The notes: generated by a model not told the origin, from the sequence alone. Counted from the first letter of the stretch, positions 40,066-50,503 are shown. The stretch is 64,000 nucleotides of DNA from an uncultured Acidimicrobiia bacterium (GCA_963786955.1 CAWBAT010000004.1:704001-768000), one strand, 5' to 3'. Numbers and translations: made by a program.

Positions 40066-41340
40066 TCACCATTGGCCGGAGCGGTGACCTCCCACGAAGC
40101 CTGGCCCTCTCGGCTCGCTGCGATCCTGTTCAATTAAGGGACGATTGCCCTTGGCGGTCACGATATAAGACCGCTCCATGTGGATCGCTCCCACTGTGGG
40201 CATGAAAACACAAGCCTCGAGATTGATGACCATGCCTTCTTCGATTGGGAGATCGGATGATACATCGAGACACTCATCGCGGATTCGCAAGCCATTCTTG
40301 GATACGAGGATTGGATAATCTCTAATCTCGAGGCCCAGTCCATGGCCGTGGGGAAACGAGGCGGTGATCCCGTTCATCTTGAGATTTTCCTGCATCACAG
40401 CCTGAACCTCTGACGACTTGACTCCTGGGCGCAGGATTTCCACCCCAGCCTTAAGACAAGCTGTTAACGCCTGATACCGCTCGCGCATGTCTCGTGTAGG
40501 AACCGCCATGGCCAAGGTTGTGCCACTATCTGAGAAATAATTAGCGTGGATACACCCGAAGTCGACAAAAAGAATATCGTCGGAAGTCAAAATATAGTTC
40601 GGTTCCGTGCAGACCCCCATGCCTCTTATGCTGAACGCATAGTGCTCGAAGTTTGCCCCCATCTCTGCGGACCGCAAGCGATAGTGTTGCACAACATCCG
40701 CCATCGGCTTTCCAGGGCGGGCCAGCGCAAGGCTTTCCATGGCTGCTTGTTCGTTGATTTCGGCCGAACGCGCGAGCCGCTTAATCTCCTCCTCGGTTTT
40801 CACCGCTCTAATCAAGCGGATGAGGTTGGTTGAATCCTTAATCAATGCCTGAGGCAACGCATGCCTGAGCGCCTCGCAAGCGGCAGGCAGAAGACCTTCC
40901 ATTTCCAGACCAATGCGGGCATCGACCAGGCCTCGACTCTTCAAAACATGGATCAATGCTTCGGTCGCATTGGCATGGCGCGGCTTCTCTCGAAGAAGAT
41001 GAATGAAACGCTTTTCCAGCTCAGTAGGGGACTGGTACGGTAAAGAGTAATCGAGACCAGGGTCACCATAAACCTGGAGGTCGTTGACCCGCAAGTCAGC
41101 AGCATTTATGACCGACAGAGCCCCCAGAACTAGTGCCGGTTCTCCTGCTATTGGAACAACTGCATAGGACTGCGCCCGGTTCGAAGAGCCCCCCGGGTTA
41201 CTCATGTACTCTTTAAATGCAGAGTCGAGCCAAAAATAATAGTCCGTGAAATAAGTGATGTTGACAGGCGAGGTCGCCACCAGAACATCGAGGTTGTATT
41301 CCTTCATGAATTGAATTGCGCGGGCTTGATTGAAAATCAT
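40066..41340 (-). CDS. M24 (Xaa-Pro peptidase/creatinase fold) family protein
   Basis: VKTEEEI, DFG..YFSD, HGHGLGL, NLE, HME metal-ligand motifs; probable start 41340. Confidence 0.85.
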   Translation of the reverse strand: MIFNQARAIQFMKEYNLDVLVATSPVNITYFTDYYFWLDSAFKEYMSNPGGSSNRAQSYAVVPIAGEPALVLGALSVINAADLRVNDLQVYGDPGLDYSLPYQSPTELEKRFIHLLREKPRHANATEALIHVLKSRGLVDARIGLEMEGLLPAACEALRHALPQALIKDSTNLIRLIRAVKTEEEIKRLARSAEINEQAAMESLALARPGKPMADVVQHYRLRSAEMGANFEHYAFSIRGMGVCTEPNYILTSDDILFVDFGCIHANYFSDSGTTLAMAVPTRDMRERYQALTACLKAGVEILRPGVKSSEVQAVMQENLKMNGITASFPHGHGLGLEIRDYPILVSKNGLRIRDECLDVSSDLPIEEGMVINLEACVFMPTVGAIHMERSYIVTAKGNRPLIEQDRSEPRGPGFVGGHRSGQW

Positions 41341-41462
41341 TCTTATTCGGAGGATCCTTACCAATCGTTGATCTGCGAGCCGGTCTTCCGAACTGCGACG
41401 ACCGGCACATTCACGGACCCTCTTTCTCCTTTCCTCACAAGATTTGAATAAGCCCTCTGAGC

Positions 41463-42224
41463 TCACTTCTGTGTGGGGACCTGGATGATAGACGTTAGGC
41501 CCCCATCGACAATCAGATACGTGCCAGTCATGTAAGAGGACATATCGGATGCCAAAAACAGGGCAGGTTGGGCAATGTCCTCAGGTTGACCGTTACGCCG
41601 CAATGGACACATCTCTGCAATTCTTCCACGCTCCTCTTCCGAAACCTTATCCCAAAGGCCTGTCACCACAGCCCCGGGCAGAATCGTGTTGACCCGAACG
41701 GTGGGTGCGTAGTCCGCGGCTAGTGATCGTGTCAGAGCCAGCAATCCGCCCTTGGCTGCTTGGTAGGCGGCGTACCCCGCATAACCACGAAGAGCGTGAA
41801 CCGAGCCCGTAATAATAAAGACTCCGCCGCCCTGGGCCACGATTCTTGGGAGAGTGCAATGAGCTAACATCCAAGTTGCCTTCAAACATACATCCAGAGT
41901 TCGGTCCCAGTCGTGTTCATTGATTTCTGTAGCCGAGCCCATCACGTGAGCAGCAGCATTGCTGAGCACAATATCTAATTTTCCGAACTGCTTGAAAGCG
42001 GTTTCTACCATTGCTTGGACTTGGTTCATGCTGCCTACATCGGCCGTAATGGCAATGGCTTCGCCATGAGCAGCGCGAATACTCTCAGCCGTCTCTTGAC
42101 AGCCATGGGAATGAATATCGGCCACTGCCACCTTCGCGCCTTCCCGCGCGAAAAGCTTTGCTGTAGCGCGTCCGATGCCTGATGCAGCCCCCGTGATCAA
42201 GGCAACCTTCCCTTCGAGTAACAT
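41463..42224 (-). CDS. SDR family oxidoreductase
   Basis: TGAASGIG, YQAAK, VNTILPG, VDGG. Confidence 0.93.
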   Translation of the reverse strand: MLLEGKVALITGAASGIGRATAKLFAREGAKVAVADIHSHGCQETAESIRAAHGEAIAITADVGSMNQVQAMVETAFKQFGKLDIVLSNAAAHVMGSATEINEHDWDRTLDVCLKATWMLAHCTLPRIVAQGGGVFIITGSVHALRGYAGYAAYQAAKGGLLALTRSLAADYAPTVRVNTILPGAVVTGLWDKVSEEERGRIAEMCPLRRNGQPEDIAQPALFLASDMSSYMTGTYLIVDGGLTSIIQVPTQK

Positions 42225-42356
42225 GGGTCCTTGCCTCCTTATTATTCTCAGTCACTCATTCCAGCTGTCGTGGGATGGATAACAAAAATTTGAAATCTGT
42301 CTAAGACTTGAAAGGCATCCACGGTAGAGAAAGAGGCTATCAGCGATCTGCCCATT

Positions 42357-42451
42357 CCGGTGGAACGCGCGCGTGGGACCACTGCCCCCCGCATGCGCGT
42401 TCATCGAGCGTGCGCCGGGGGACGGCGGTCCCACGCGCCCGCTCCACCTGG
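42357..42451. repeat. REP-like inverted doublet (GTGG type)
   Basis: GGTGGAACGCGCGCGTGGGACC ... GGTCCCACGCGCCCGCTCCACC. Confidence 0.7.
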
Positions 42452-42479
42452 CTAGGATCACACCAATTCGAATTTCGGC

Positions 42480-43631
42480 TCAATACCGGCCGTTCTCACG
42501 CCCCGTTTCCGCAAAAACTTCAATGTTGCCCGGAGCAGCGTTCAAAATCTGTCCGCAAGTCCTGAGTATGTAACGCCCTCCGCTTCCTGCCGCATCCAGG
42601 CAGCGCATTGCTTCGTCACGCACTTCATCGGGCTGACCTGAGGCCAGAACCCGTTCATTGAAGCCCCCGTTGAGAGTAACTTCGCCACCCACGCGGCGTT
42701 TGACATCGGACAGATCGAAATCCCCAGATCTCTCCTTTGGGGTCAAGGTTTCTAGAGCTTCCGCCCCGGTGGAGACCATATCTTCAAGGAAAAGGCTCCC
42801 ACTGCCACAATTGTGGTAGCTGACGAGAAGTCCCGCCTCTCTGGCAGCCTTCACGACCTTCCGGTCGTAGGGGAGCATGAATTTGCGGTACGTCGAAGCG
42901 GAAAAACCAATTCCCACCCAACTCTGATCGTAGACAATCGAGTGAATCCCGGTCTTGGCCAAATGTCTGACGCGCCGAATCGCTCGTTCCATCAGGAATT
43001 CAGACACGCGCTCCACGAATCTTGGACTTTCGTAAAGGTCAGTGATGAGCTTTTCCAGGCCGCGCATATTGGCGGCTTCGCTCCAAACCCCGATGAAATT
43101 AAAAGTGTGAAAGGCCCGGTCCCCAACTCGATTGACCAGCGCAATAAGCTTGTCTTGATTGATCGATTCTGGCTCGGGCATATACTTGATGAGCAAGTCC
43201 AGGTCGCGTTCCTCTTTGAGAGGCCGCTCTAGATGAGACACTTGTGAGTCCCCCACCCGATAGCTCCATACAATGGGACCTTGAGGGGTAGAGGCCGTGA
43301 ATCGGTAAACCACAAATTCTTTTTCTTTTTCAACGGGCTCCTGACTGACACGCCAATTCTCCAGCGCCTCAGCGGGCCAGCTGTAAAGCAAGCGCCAGTA
43401 TTTATGTACCGAAAACCAGCGATCATCGATCGTAATGATGATGGGGTCGAGGCCGAGTTGCTCTTGAATTTGAACGATCTCAAGTGGGTCAGAAACTATT
43501 GTTTGTAACACCTCTGAAGTGCTCTTTCCCATCAAAGATTTCAATAGCGGCAAACCAAGCCAAGCGCACACCGGCGCTCGGTCAACGGGTTTTCCTTGCA
43601 AAACTGCTTTGAAGCGTTCGACCGTGTTCAT
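42480..43631 (-). CDS. UroD/methyltransferase superfamily protein
   Basis: ERFKAVL.GKPVDRAP, RGLE, YHNCG, GGRYILRTC. Confidence 0.85.
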   Translation of the reverse strand: MNTVERFKAVLQGKPVDRAPVCAWLGLPLLKSLMGKSTSEVLQTIVSDPLEIVQIQEQLGLDPIIITIDDRWFSVHKYWRLLYSWPAEALENWRVSQEPVEKEKEFVVYRFTASTPQGPIVWSYRVGDSQVSHLERPLKEERDLDLLIKYMPEPESINQDKLIALVNRVGDRAFHTFNFIGVWSEAANMRGLEKLITDLYESPRFVERVSEFLMERAIRRVRHLAKTGIHSIVYDQSWVGIGFSASTYRKFMLPYDRKVVKAAREAGLLVSYHNCGSGSLFLEDMVSTGAEALETLTPKERSGDFDLSDVKRRVGGEVTLNGGFNERVLASGQPDEVRDEAMRCLDAAGSGGRYILRTCGQILNAAPGNIEVFAETGRENGRY

Positions 43632-43727
43632 AAGAGTTCGCCCCTCTGGATTAAAAAATTATTTTCAACGGTGACTCAAAGACCTCAAACAGTGCGTGTT
43701 GCGAGTCTTGACCCTAACTCGGACAGC

Positions 43728-45188
43728 TTATACCAAATTCCAGGACCTGCCAATTTCCTCAAGCGACTTCCCTTTTGTTTCCGGTAATACCTTCATTAGG
43801 AAGAAAAAGGAAATAAAACTTACAAAGGCACAGAGGAAAAAGACTCCGGAGGGTACGTTAAAGAGTCTCTGCGAGAGATCAAAGAGAACGGGCGTAAAGT
43901 AGGTTACCAGAAAGCAGGCAATCCAGACCATCGCGGTACATAAACTCATGGCCCTTGCGCGAATTCGCGTCGGGAAGATCTCAGCGAGAACAAGCCAGCA
44001 AAGGGCACCGAACCCAATTGCGTGCGGCGCTGCCGTCAGAGAGAGAATGGCCACCACGGGCCAGCCATTCATTTGGAGCACAAAGACAAGACCGAGCATG
44101 CTCATGGTGACAGTCATCGCCAAGGAACACAAAAGATAGAGACGTCTCCTGCCGACAAGGTCAACCAGATAAATTGCGATGAATGTGTAAAACAGGTTGG
44201 CTATATTGGGAATGATGGTGAGCAATATAGCGTGGGCCTTATCTTCGATACCTGCTTGTCTGTAGATTGTGGGCATATAAAAAGCAGTCATGGACCAACC
44301 CGTCCACTGAGACATCAGGGCGAGTACGAACCCGACCATGAGTGCGATCCTGACGCCGGGTACGAATAATTCAGTTAACGAGATTTTTGGAGTATGCGTT
44401 TCTTTTTCGATCTCTTCGCGGATCCCATTAAATTCATTTTGTCCTTCGTGGGCACCATTGATCTTGACAAGAATCTGTATTGCCTCGTCGAACCGATTTC
44501 TCTGAGAGAGCCAACGCGGGGTCTCAGGCATCTTCCACAAGAGGACGGCAAAGACACCCACGGGTAAAAGCATTGAGGCAAACATGTATCGCCAACTGAC
44601 TGAAGCAGGGAGGTATTGGGCGAGGAAGTACGAGATAATGATCGCGGTGAGGCTGCCGACAACGATCGCAAGCTGGTTCATCGTGACTAGCATTCCTCGT
44701 ATTCCCTTTGGGGAGATCTCAGCGATATACATTGGCGAGGCAAGAGATGCCAAACCGACACCAATCCCGCCTACGATTCTGAAAACGTTAAACATGAGTA
44801 TATCCTGCGGCAAAGTTGTGCCGATTGCACCCGCTCCGAAAAAAAAGCAGGCAATGATAAGAGATTTTCGTCTTCCAAATCGATCGCAAGTCCATGCACC
44901 CACAAAGGGACCTGCGAGACATCCAAGCAGCGCACTGGCCATGGCGCGCCCAAATTGCGCGGAATCGAGTGCAAAATAATCCTTCAGAAATTGCTGGGCG
45001 CCCGCCACGATGTTCAAGTCGTACCCGAAGAGGAAGCCCCCAACCGCCGCGACAAATGCGGTCAGAAAGACATAGGATTTAGATCCCTGGTCAGTTTGTG
45101 GAGAGGGGATCGATAAATGCGCAGATGTTTCTTGCAAGAGAATGGATTCATTCTGTGGGTCCTCAGATTGCATGTTTGATGGTTTCAT
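43728..45188 (-). CDS. Sugar porter family MFS transporter
   Basis: GGFLFGYD, DRFGRR, YIAEISP..RG, PETPRWL, EIFPTRIR, PETKGKSLEEI. Confidence 0.93.
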   Translation of the reverse strand: MKPSNMQSEDPQNESILLQETSAHLSIPSPQTDQGSKSYVFLTAFVAAVGGFLFGYDLNIVAGAQQFLKDYFALDSAQFGRAMASALLGCLAGPFVGAWTCDRFGRRKSLIIACFFFGAGAIGTTLPQDILMFNVFRIVGGIGVGLASLASPMYIAEISPKGIRGMLVTMNQLAIVVGSLTAIIISYFLAQYLPASVSWRYMFASMLLPVGVFAVLLWKMPETPRWLSQRNRFDEAIQILVKINGAHEGQNEFNGIREEIEKETHTPKISLTELFVPGVRIALMVGFVLALMSQWTGWSMTAFYMPTIYRQAGIEDKAHAILLTIIPNIANLFYTFIAIYLVDLVGRRRLYLLCSLAMTVTMSMLGLVFVLQMNGWPVVAILSLTAAPHAIGFGALCWLVLAEIFPTRIRARAMSLCTAMVWIACFLVTYFTPVLFDLSQRLFNVPSGVFFLCAFVSFISFFFLMKVLPETKGKSLEEIGRSWNLV

Positions 45189-45359
45189 GCCGTCTTGCCT
45201 TTCGCGTGAGGTTGATATCCAAAAGCAAGTAATCAGCCCTGGGAACTGCTTTTGGTACTGAGCGTCCTGGCACAGAACACGGCGGCCTGGCGGATATGTT
45301 CTCCATAGCCTGGAGCTGTTTAGTCCGAGGTCCATAGCCAGCGCCTACTGGCCGGCCTT

Positions 45360-46844
45360 TCAGTCGACTGAGGGGGGACTTACCACGCCAGACATTCGGG
45401 AAACGGCCCCCCATCCGGCGACCAAGAGGAGCAGCACCATGCAGGTGAAGACGAACACATCCCCGGCGACTGCGTAGACTGTTTTCAGGTGATGTCGCGG
45501 AACCTCGGCGACGAGCAGGGGGGGCCCGCCCTCGAAGCTCGAGTGCCATCCGCGCATTCGCCCGAGCGGATCGACGACGGCTGACAAGCCGAAGCGCGTG
45601 GAGCGGACGAGTGAAAATCCACCCGCGATGGCGCCCAGCGCAGCCATCTGGGTGTGGAGCGGATCGATCCCCCGCCAATCGGAGGATGGCAGCGCGACGA
45701 CGTCCACTCCAAGTCGAGCGTGCTCCAGAGCCACCTCGGGGTAGTCGTAGTCGTAGCAGATGGCGCCACCCGCTCGACCAAACGGCGCATCGACCGCGGC
45801 CAGGGGACCGTGCCCGACCACTGCAGGCTCGCCAGGCGCGGGATGATGCTTCCAATAGGCCTGGCGCTCCACGCCATCGGGACCGAACCAGCGGAACATA
45901 TTCTGGTATGGCAGAATCTGTCCTTGCGACGCCGGGACGACGTAGGCCGCTACGATGTCCACGCTGTGGACCCGAGCCAGTTCGGCAACGCGCTGAAGAA
46001 AGCCTGTTTCTTCTTCCCCAGGCATGACCAGTGCGGCGGCTTCTGTCCAGACCACGAGCCGCGCCCCGGCTGTCGCGGCCCGGGCGGAGTCACCTAGAAG
46101 CTTATCCACGACTGCGTTCCGAGCAGGTGCATCCGGCAGGGGAATCGTACCGCCAAACGTCGCCGGCGTGCCGACGGCCGCCACGCGGACCGATACGTCG
46201 TCGAGCGGAGCGTTCAACCGGATCGCTCCCCATGCGTGAGTCCCGAGGAAGACCGCGGCTACAGCGATACCCTGCCAGAGGCTCCGGGGAGAGGTGCCGC
46301 CGAGTGCAACGGAAAGAGCCAATTCCAGCCACGCCGCCACCCACGCCACGACGAAACTGACCGCTGCGATTCCGCCCAAGGACGCGAGTTGCAGGAGCGG
46401 CAGGTCGTCGACCTGCGTGTACGCCATCGCGCCCCATGACGCGATGAGGGTGAAATGTTGCAGCCACTCCGCGACGACAACTGCAGCCGGGAAGGCCAAC
46501 AGTGCAGCGCCCTGCGTTGCGTGGCTACGTATGCAATCCCACGTAAAGTACGCTGCCAGGCTGAAGATGGCCGCCACCAGCCCAGTGGGTAGGGCGGCCA
46601 CAGCCGGAAGAGGAGCTGTGACAATCTTGAGTGTCGTGGCGATCCACGCGGCACAGAGTGCTGCCCCGAATGCAAGGCGAGAGCGCCAACCGCGAGTGAG
46701 CCGCAGATACCGAAGGAGCGGCACCGGGGCGACCCACGCAACCACCCCCACCCCCCAACGGAAGTTCGCGGCGAAAATAATGGCGCAACCCAAACCCAAC
46801 AAGAATGCAGGCCGTTCAAGCAGACGCTTCATCTTTGCCACCAT
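45360..46844 (-). CDS. Apolipoprotein N-acyltransferase-like membrane protein (nitrilase domain)
   Basis: Multiple TM helices, YTQ motif, E-K-C triad (WTEAA, YWKHH, ICYD); visibly GC-richer than its flanks. Confidence 0.8.
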   Translation of the reverse strand: MVAKMKRLLERPAFLLGLGCAIIFAANFRWGVGVVAWVAPVPLLRYLRLTRGWRSRLAFGAALCAAWIATTLKIVTAPLPAVAALPTGLVAAIFSLAAYFTWDCIRSHATQGAALLAFPAAVVVAEWLQHFTLIASWGAMAYTQVDDLPLLQLASLGGIAAVSFVVAWVAAWLELALSVALGGTSPRSLWQGIAVAAVFLGTHAWGAIRLNAPLDDVSVRVAAVGTPATFGGTIPLPDAPARNAVVDKLLGDSARAATAGARLVVWTEAAALVMPGEEETGFLQRVAELARVHSVDIVAAYVVPASQGQILPYQNMFRWFGPDGVERQAYWKHHPAPGEPAVVGHGPLAAVDAPFGRAGGAICYDYDYPEVALEHARLGVDVVALPSSDWRGIDPLHTQMAALGAIAGGFSLVRSTRFGLSAVVDPLGRMRGWHSSFEGGPPLLVAEVPRHHLKTVYAVAGDVFVFTCMVLLLLVAGWGAVSRMSGVVSPPSVD

Positions 46845-47081
46845 CGCCTGTAAGTGCCAAGCACCTAACCGAACGGATTCTAGCACTTCCGGCACTCGCA
46901 TCTCAAATGAGGGCTTTTCCGAATTAGCCGTTAGTCGCTTGTCAACCTTGAATAACTTCCCCCTTGGGCAGATTGTCGATGGGACACCGGTAAGTTGCGG
47001 TTTGAAGCTGGATATTGGCCGCGTCAGGGAGCCAATGCTGGGCATGTAGATTTAGATCGTAAAGACCGGAATCAAGCGTTG

Positions 47082-47111
47082 AGGTGGGTCAGTTTTACAT
47101 GATTAATTACA
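47082..47111. mobile_element. Orphan IS21-family-like terminal inverted repeat
   Basis: Minus strand TGTAATTAATCATGTAAAACTGACCCACCT resembles IS21-family ends; no istA/istB nearby. Confidence 0.5.
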
Positions 47112-47289
47112 ACTACCCAGGGCATCGATCTTTGAATTACGTCTAAAAGCTCGTTTGGATGAAATAGAACTGTAGAATGCCAAGACTTGACCCCATTCCT
47201 TTTCTCTCAATGTTCGCCAGTTCAGGCAGCTCTGGTCTGATTTAAGTTAGCTATTGTTTTGGAAGCTTGTATGGTTGTTTCAGGCAGGT

Positions 47290-48819
47290 CTAATGTTGAG
47301 GCTGAGGTTGAGTGGTCTTCCTCTCCAACTGCCAAAACACCCGGCACTCGTCGAAGTCAGCTTTCTGGGAATAGACTTTCCACTCTTCCAGTTCGCTGAC
47401 CGCAGCATCGTCGTCGCAGACGATGGTAGTGAGAAAAACGCCCGACTTGAGCCGCCGGTCCACCTCGGCCTTTGGCAGGATATGAAGGGCCGCGTTTTCG
47501 GCCGGAGAAAGCTGGAGTTTTCTCATATCTTCGTATTCTAACCCGGAGGGTACTGGCCCGCGCAATAGAAAGTAGATGTGCTCGGGTGCAAGTAACTGAG
47601 CGTCCTTCGGCGTCACCTCTTTCACTTTATTCACCACACGCTCGAGCTGATGCCACGTGTAGGAGTCCCGCTCGCCGTAAAGGCTGTTACCTAGGCAAAG
47701 GGTTGTCACGCACAGCAGGACCAGCACCAGGCGCTGCGGGCGGTCGGAATTCTCAAAGCGTGCAGCCATAGCATAAAACCCCATGACCCCCAATACCGTG
47801 AGAAAAGGGATTAGGAAAACGAAGTATTGCGGGAAAGTCGGACGTGCAAAGATATTCTGCGCGCCAACTGCAATAATCAGCCAAAGGCAAAGACGAAATT
47901 CCGCCCGTCGCTCAGGGTCGCCCTCACTCTTCTTGATGAAGAACAGACCGGCGACAGCCAGTAGAACGAGTAACAGGCTAGGTGAGCTGTTGACCCAGTC
48001 GGTGACAATGCCGATGTCATGGCTGGTAGATCCTTCCCAATTCACCCGGCGGTAGATGGAGTGGTATTTGAGAATATCGAATATTACCTGGTACGGTTTC
48101 CGTGCAAACAAGACCAGTAGCGGTATGCAGGAAGCTGTAGCGCCGGCCACAAAAGCGGTGGCTTTGACCCATCGGTTCCCCAGCCGATTATAGAGCCATA
48201 TCCAGATCAGCAATACAGCGGCAGCTGGTGCTGTGAGTAGGGAAGATGCCGCTCCCGCACCGGCCAAGAAACCGGCCAGCGCGCTCATCATGAACCGGGT
48301 CCGCGCCACTGCCACATTGGCCGCACGAAATGCCGCCACGACCAGCAACAGGCAAAGCGGGTAGGCCTGCGCAATGGTCCCGTAATCCCACACTAGGGGG
48401 TGCAGCCCGAACAAAGCCAATGCGGCCCACGCTGCAGCCGTCCGCCAGCGGCGATCATGAAAGAGCGTAAACACATACTGTACAATTAATAGGACCGAGC
48501 CAATGGTTGCTAGTGCCGCGACCATGTGGACCACGCGCCAATTGGCCCCGAACAATCTCATCCAGCCCGCATTCCAATAGGCATTCAAGGGAGTCTGCGC
48601 AAAGAAAAAGTCGAGGTAGGGTTGCTTGCCGGAATTGATTAGGTCTGCGGCCAGAATGTGGAAACCTTCGTCCCAATGGAAGGCTAGGGTCTGAGAGTAC
48701 ACCAAGATTCCCGCAGCCCAAAGTGTGAAAACGGTGTACAGAAGGCGCATTTCCTGCTTTGCGCTGCGCTCGCCGAAAACGCCTGACATGGCTCGATGGA
48801 ATAAGGAGACGAGTTTCAT
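47290..48819 (-). CDS. Polytopic membrane glycosyltransferase (GT-C, ArnT/PMT-like)
   Basis: WDEG acidic motif after first TM, PYLDFF..QTPL, many TM helices; start could be 48750. Confidence 0.7.
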   Translation of the reverse strand: MKLVSLFHRAMSGVFGERSAKQEMRLLYTVFTLWAAGILVYSQTLAFHWDEGFHILAADLINSGKQPYLDFFFAQTPLNAYWNAGWMRLFGANWRVVHMVAALATIGSVLLIVQYVFTLFHDRRWRTAAAWAALALFGLHPLVWDYGTIAQAYPLCLLLVVAAFRAANVAVARTRFMMSALAGFLAGAGAASSLLTAPAAAVLLIWIWLYNRLGNRWVKATAFVAGATASCIPLLVLFARKPYQVIFDILKYHSIYRRVNWEGSTSHDIGIVTDWVNSSPSLLLVLLAVAGLFFIKKSEGDPERRAEFRLCLWLIIAVGAQNIFARPTFPQYFVFLIPFLTVLGVMGFYAMAARFENSDRPQRLVLVLLCVTTLCLGNSLYGERDSYTWHQLERVVNKVKEVTPKDAQLLAPEHIYFLLRGPVPSGLEYEDMRKLQLSPAENAALHILPKAEVDRRLKSGVFLTTIVCDDDAAVSELEEWKVYSQKADFDECRVFWQLERKTTQPQPQH

Positions 48820-48874
48820 CCGGAGGATATGAAGAATAGTTTCACCGCTGCTTCCCGTAAGCTATTGAAAGGAA

Positions 48875-48951
48875 TGGTACGCCCGGCAGGAGTCGAACCT
48901 GCGACCTCTTGCTCCGGAGGCAAGCGCTCTATCCAGCTGAGCTACGGGCGC
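48875..48951 (-). tRNA. tRNA-Arg(CCG)
   Basis: GCGCCCGTAGCTCAGCTGGATAGAGCG-CTTGC-CTCCGGA-GCAAG-AGGTCGCAGGTTCGACTCCTGCCGGGCGTACCA; 77 nt with encoded CCA. Confidence 0.97.
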
Positions 48952-49179
48952 ATAAGTGCGTGAGGAACCAATTGATTAACTGGGGTCTTTTACCCAGTCC
49001 ACATTGAAATTCCTCAAGAATTTTGAGAGTCTATCAAATCTGGAACGATTTTAACAGGTTCCTGGAAGCCGTCAGGTTGGCTCGTGGACACAAATGGATT
49101 GCCTGCAGGTTGATTGTCAGAATATTTAAGTTGCATTATTCTTCCGGCACGATATTAGAAATCGAAAGGATTGCGAATC

Positions 49180-50376
49180 ATGAAAAGACTTTCTCTGATG
49201 TGTCTCCTCGGATTCCTGGCTGCTGCCTGCCTGCTCCTGGCGGTTCAAGTTGAACATCCGAAACTTCCCGAACCTTATTCCACGCCGTCTGTAAACAACC
49301 ACTCTCGCGTGATCCCGCGCCCGGAAGGCGCAACACTCAATCTCCCCAAAGGCTTTCAAATCGAGCTTTACGCCGAAGGATTTGAACGTCCCCGATTCAT
49401 GCTGGAGGGCCCTAATCATGAAATCCTCCTCACGGACAGCATTGAATCCGGCAGCGTTTTTCTCCTAAAGGATGAAAACAAGGATTTCAAAGTCGATTCC
49501 AAACAGAAGATTCTGACCGGTCTTGACCGCCCTTATGGGTTGGCTTTCTGGAAAGGCTATCTGTATGTCGCTGAAGCCACTTCGCTGAAGCGGTACCAGT
49601 ATGATTCGAAGGGGTTGAAGGTGGAGAGCAAGGGGGAAGAGGTTGTCTCACTCAAGCCTTTCGGGAAAGGTCACTGGACCCGGACGGTGCTCTTTGATCC
49701 AAAAGGTGAAAAGATGTATCTCACCGTTGGATCAGCCTCGAATGTGGATGCCGGCGAAGATGCCATGCGGGCGGCCATTCATCGATTTAATCCCGACGGC
49801 ACCGCCCCTGAAATCGTTGCCGCGGGAGTGAGGAATGTGATCGGGCTGCGTTGGTATCCGGAGACAGAAACGCTTTGGGCAGCTGTCCAGGAGAGAGATG
49901 GGCTTGGAGATGACCTGGTACCCGATTATTTCACGGCAATCCGCTTCGGAGGATTCTACGGGTGGCCTTATGCCTATCTAGGAGCTCACGAAGATCCACG
50001 ACGAAAAGGGGAAAGGCCCGATCTGGTGGCCAAAACCCTCGTGCCTGATGTTTGGCTGGGCGCGCATGTGGCTGTTCTCGACGCCCTTTTTTATACAGGA
50101 AATCAATTTCCGAAGGAATACAAGGGGGGGGCGTTTCTGGCGTTCCACGGATCATGGAATCGCTCCACACGGGTCGGCTACTCCGTCAATTTCATACCCT
50201 TCAAGGATGGCAGGCCCGCAGAGGGCCCAAGAGATTTTCTGACCGGGTTCCTTTTGGACTCGGGGAAACGTGAGGTCTGGGGCAGACCCGTGGGGCTCTT
50301 GCAGCTCTGGGATGGATCGCTGCTCGTTTCGGATGACGGTGGGAACAAGATCTGGAGAATCTCTTATAAGAATTAA
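49180..50376 (+). CDS. Secreted glucose/sorbosone dehydrogenase family protein
   Basis: GHWTR, VGSASN, GVRN, ERDGLGDDLVPDY, HGSWNR, GRPVG, SDDG. Confidence 0.9.
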   Translation: MKRLSLMCLLGFLAAACLLLAVQVEHPKLPEPYSTPSVNNHSRVIPRPEGATLNLPKGFQIELYAEGFERPRFMLEGPNHEILLTDSIESGSVFLLKDENKDFKVDSKQKILTGLDRPYGLAFWKGYLYVAEATSLKRYQYDSKGLKVESKGEEVVSLKPFGKGHWTRTVLFDPKGEKMYLTVGSASNVDAGEDAMRAAIHRFNPDGTAPEIVAAGVRNVIGLRWYPETETLWAAVQERDGLGDDLVPDYFTAIRFGGFYGWPYAYLGAHEDPRRKGERPDLVAKTLVPDVWLGAHVAVLDALFYTGNQFPKEYKGGAFLAFHGSWNRSTRVGYSVNFIPFKDGRPAEGPRDFLTGFLLDSGKREVWGRPVGLLQLWDGSLLVSDDGGNKIWRISYKN

Positions 50377-50503
50377 GTACTGCTTTTCATAAATACGATG
50401 ATGTTAACGCCGGGTCGGTGACGCGGCCTACAACTTTGTAGGCCGCGTCACCCCACGCGGCGCCCATCCTAAGATACGTCGCCGTAATTACAAACAGCAG
50501 TAC
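50377..50503 (-). mobile_element. 127-bp MITE-like element, copy 2
   Basis: Reverse complement of 29749-29875, flanked by TAA on both sides; the left TAA is the dehydrogenase stop codon. Confidence 0.8.

Noticed and set aside
42480-43631. Heme-pathway uroporphyrinogen decarboxylase (hemE)
   Set aside because: Lacks the RQAGR motif and has an H-x-C motif instead; no hem genes nearby.
45163-47049. Multiple long overlapping ORFs on both strands
   Set aside because: Shadow ORFs caused by high GC; only the Lnt-like frame has family motifs.
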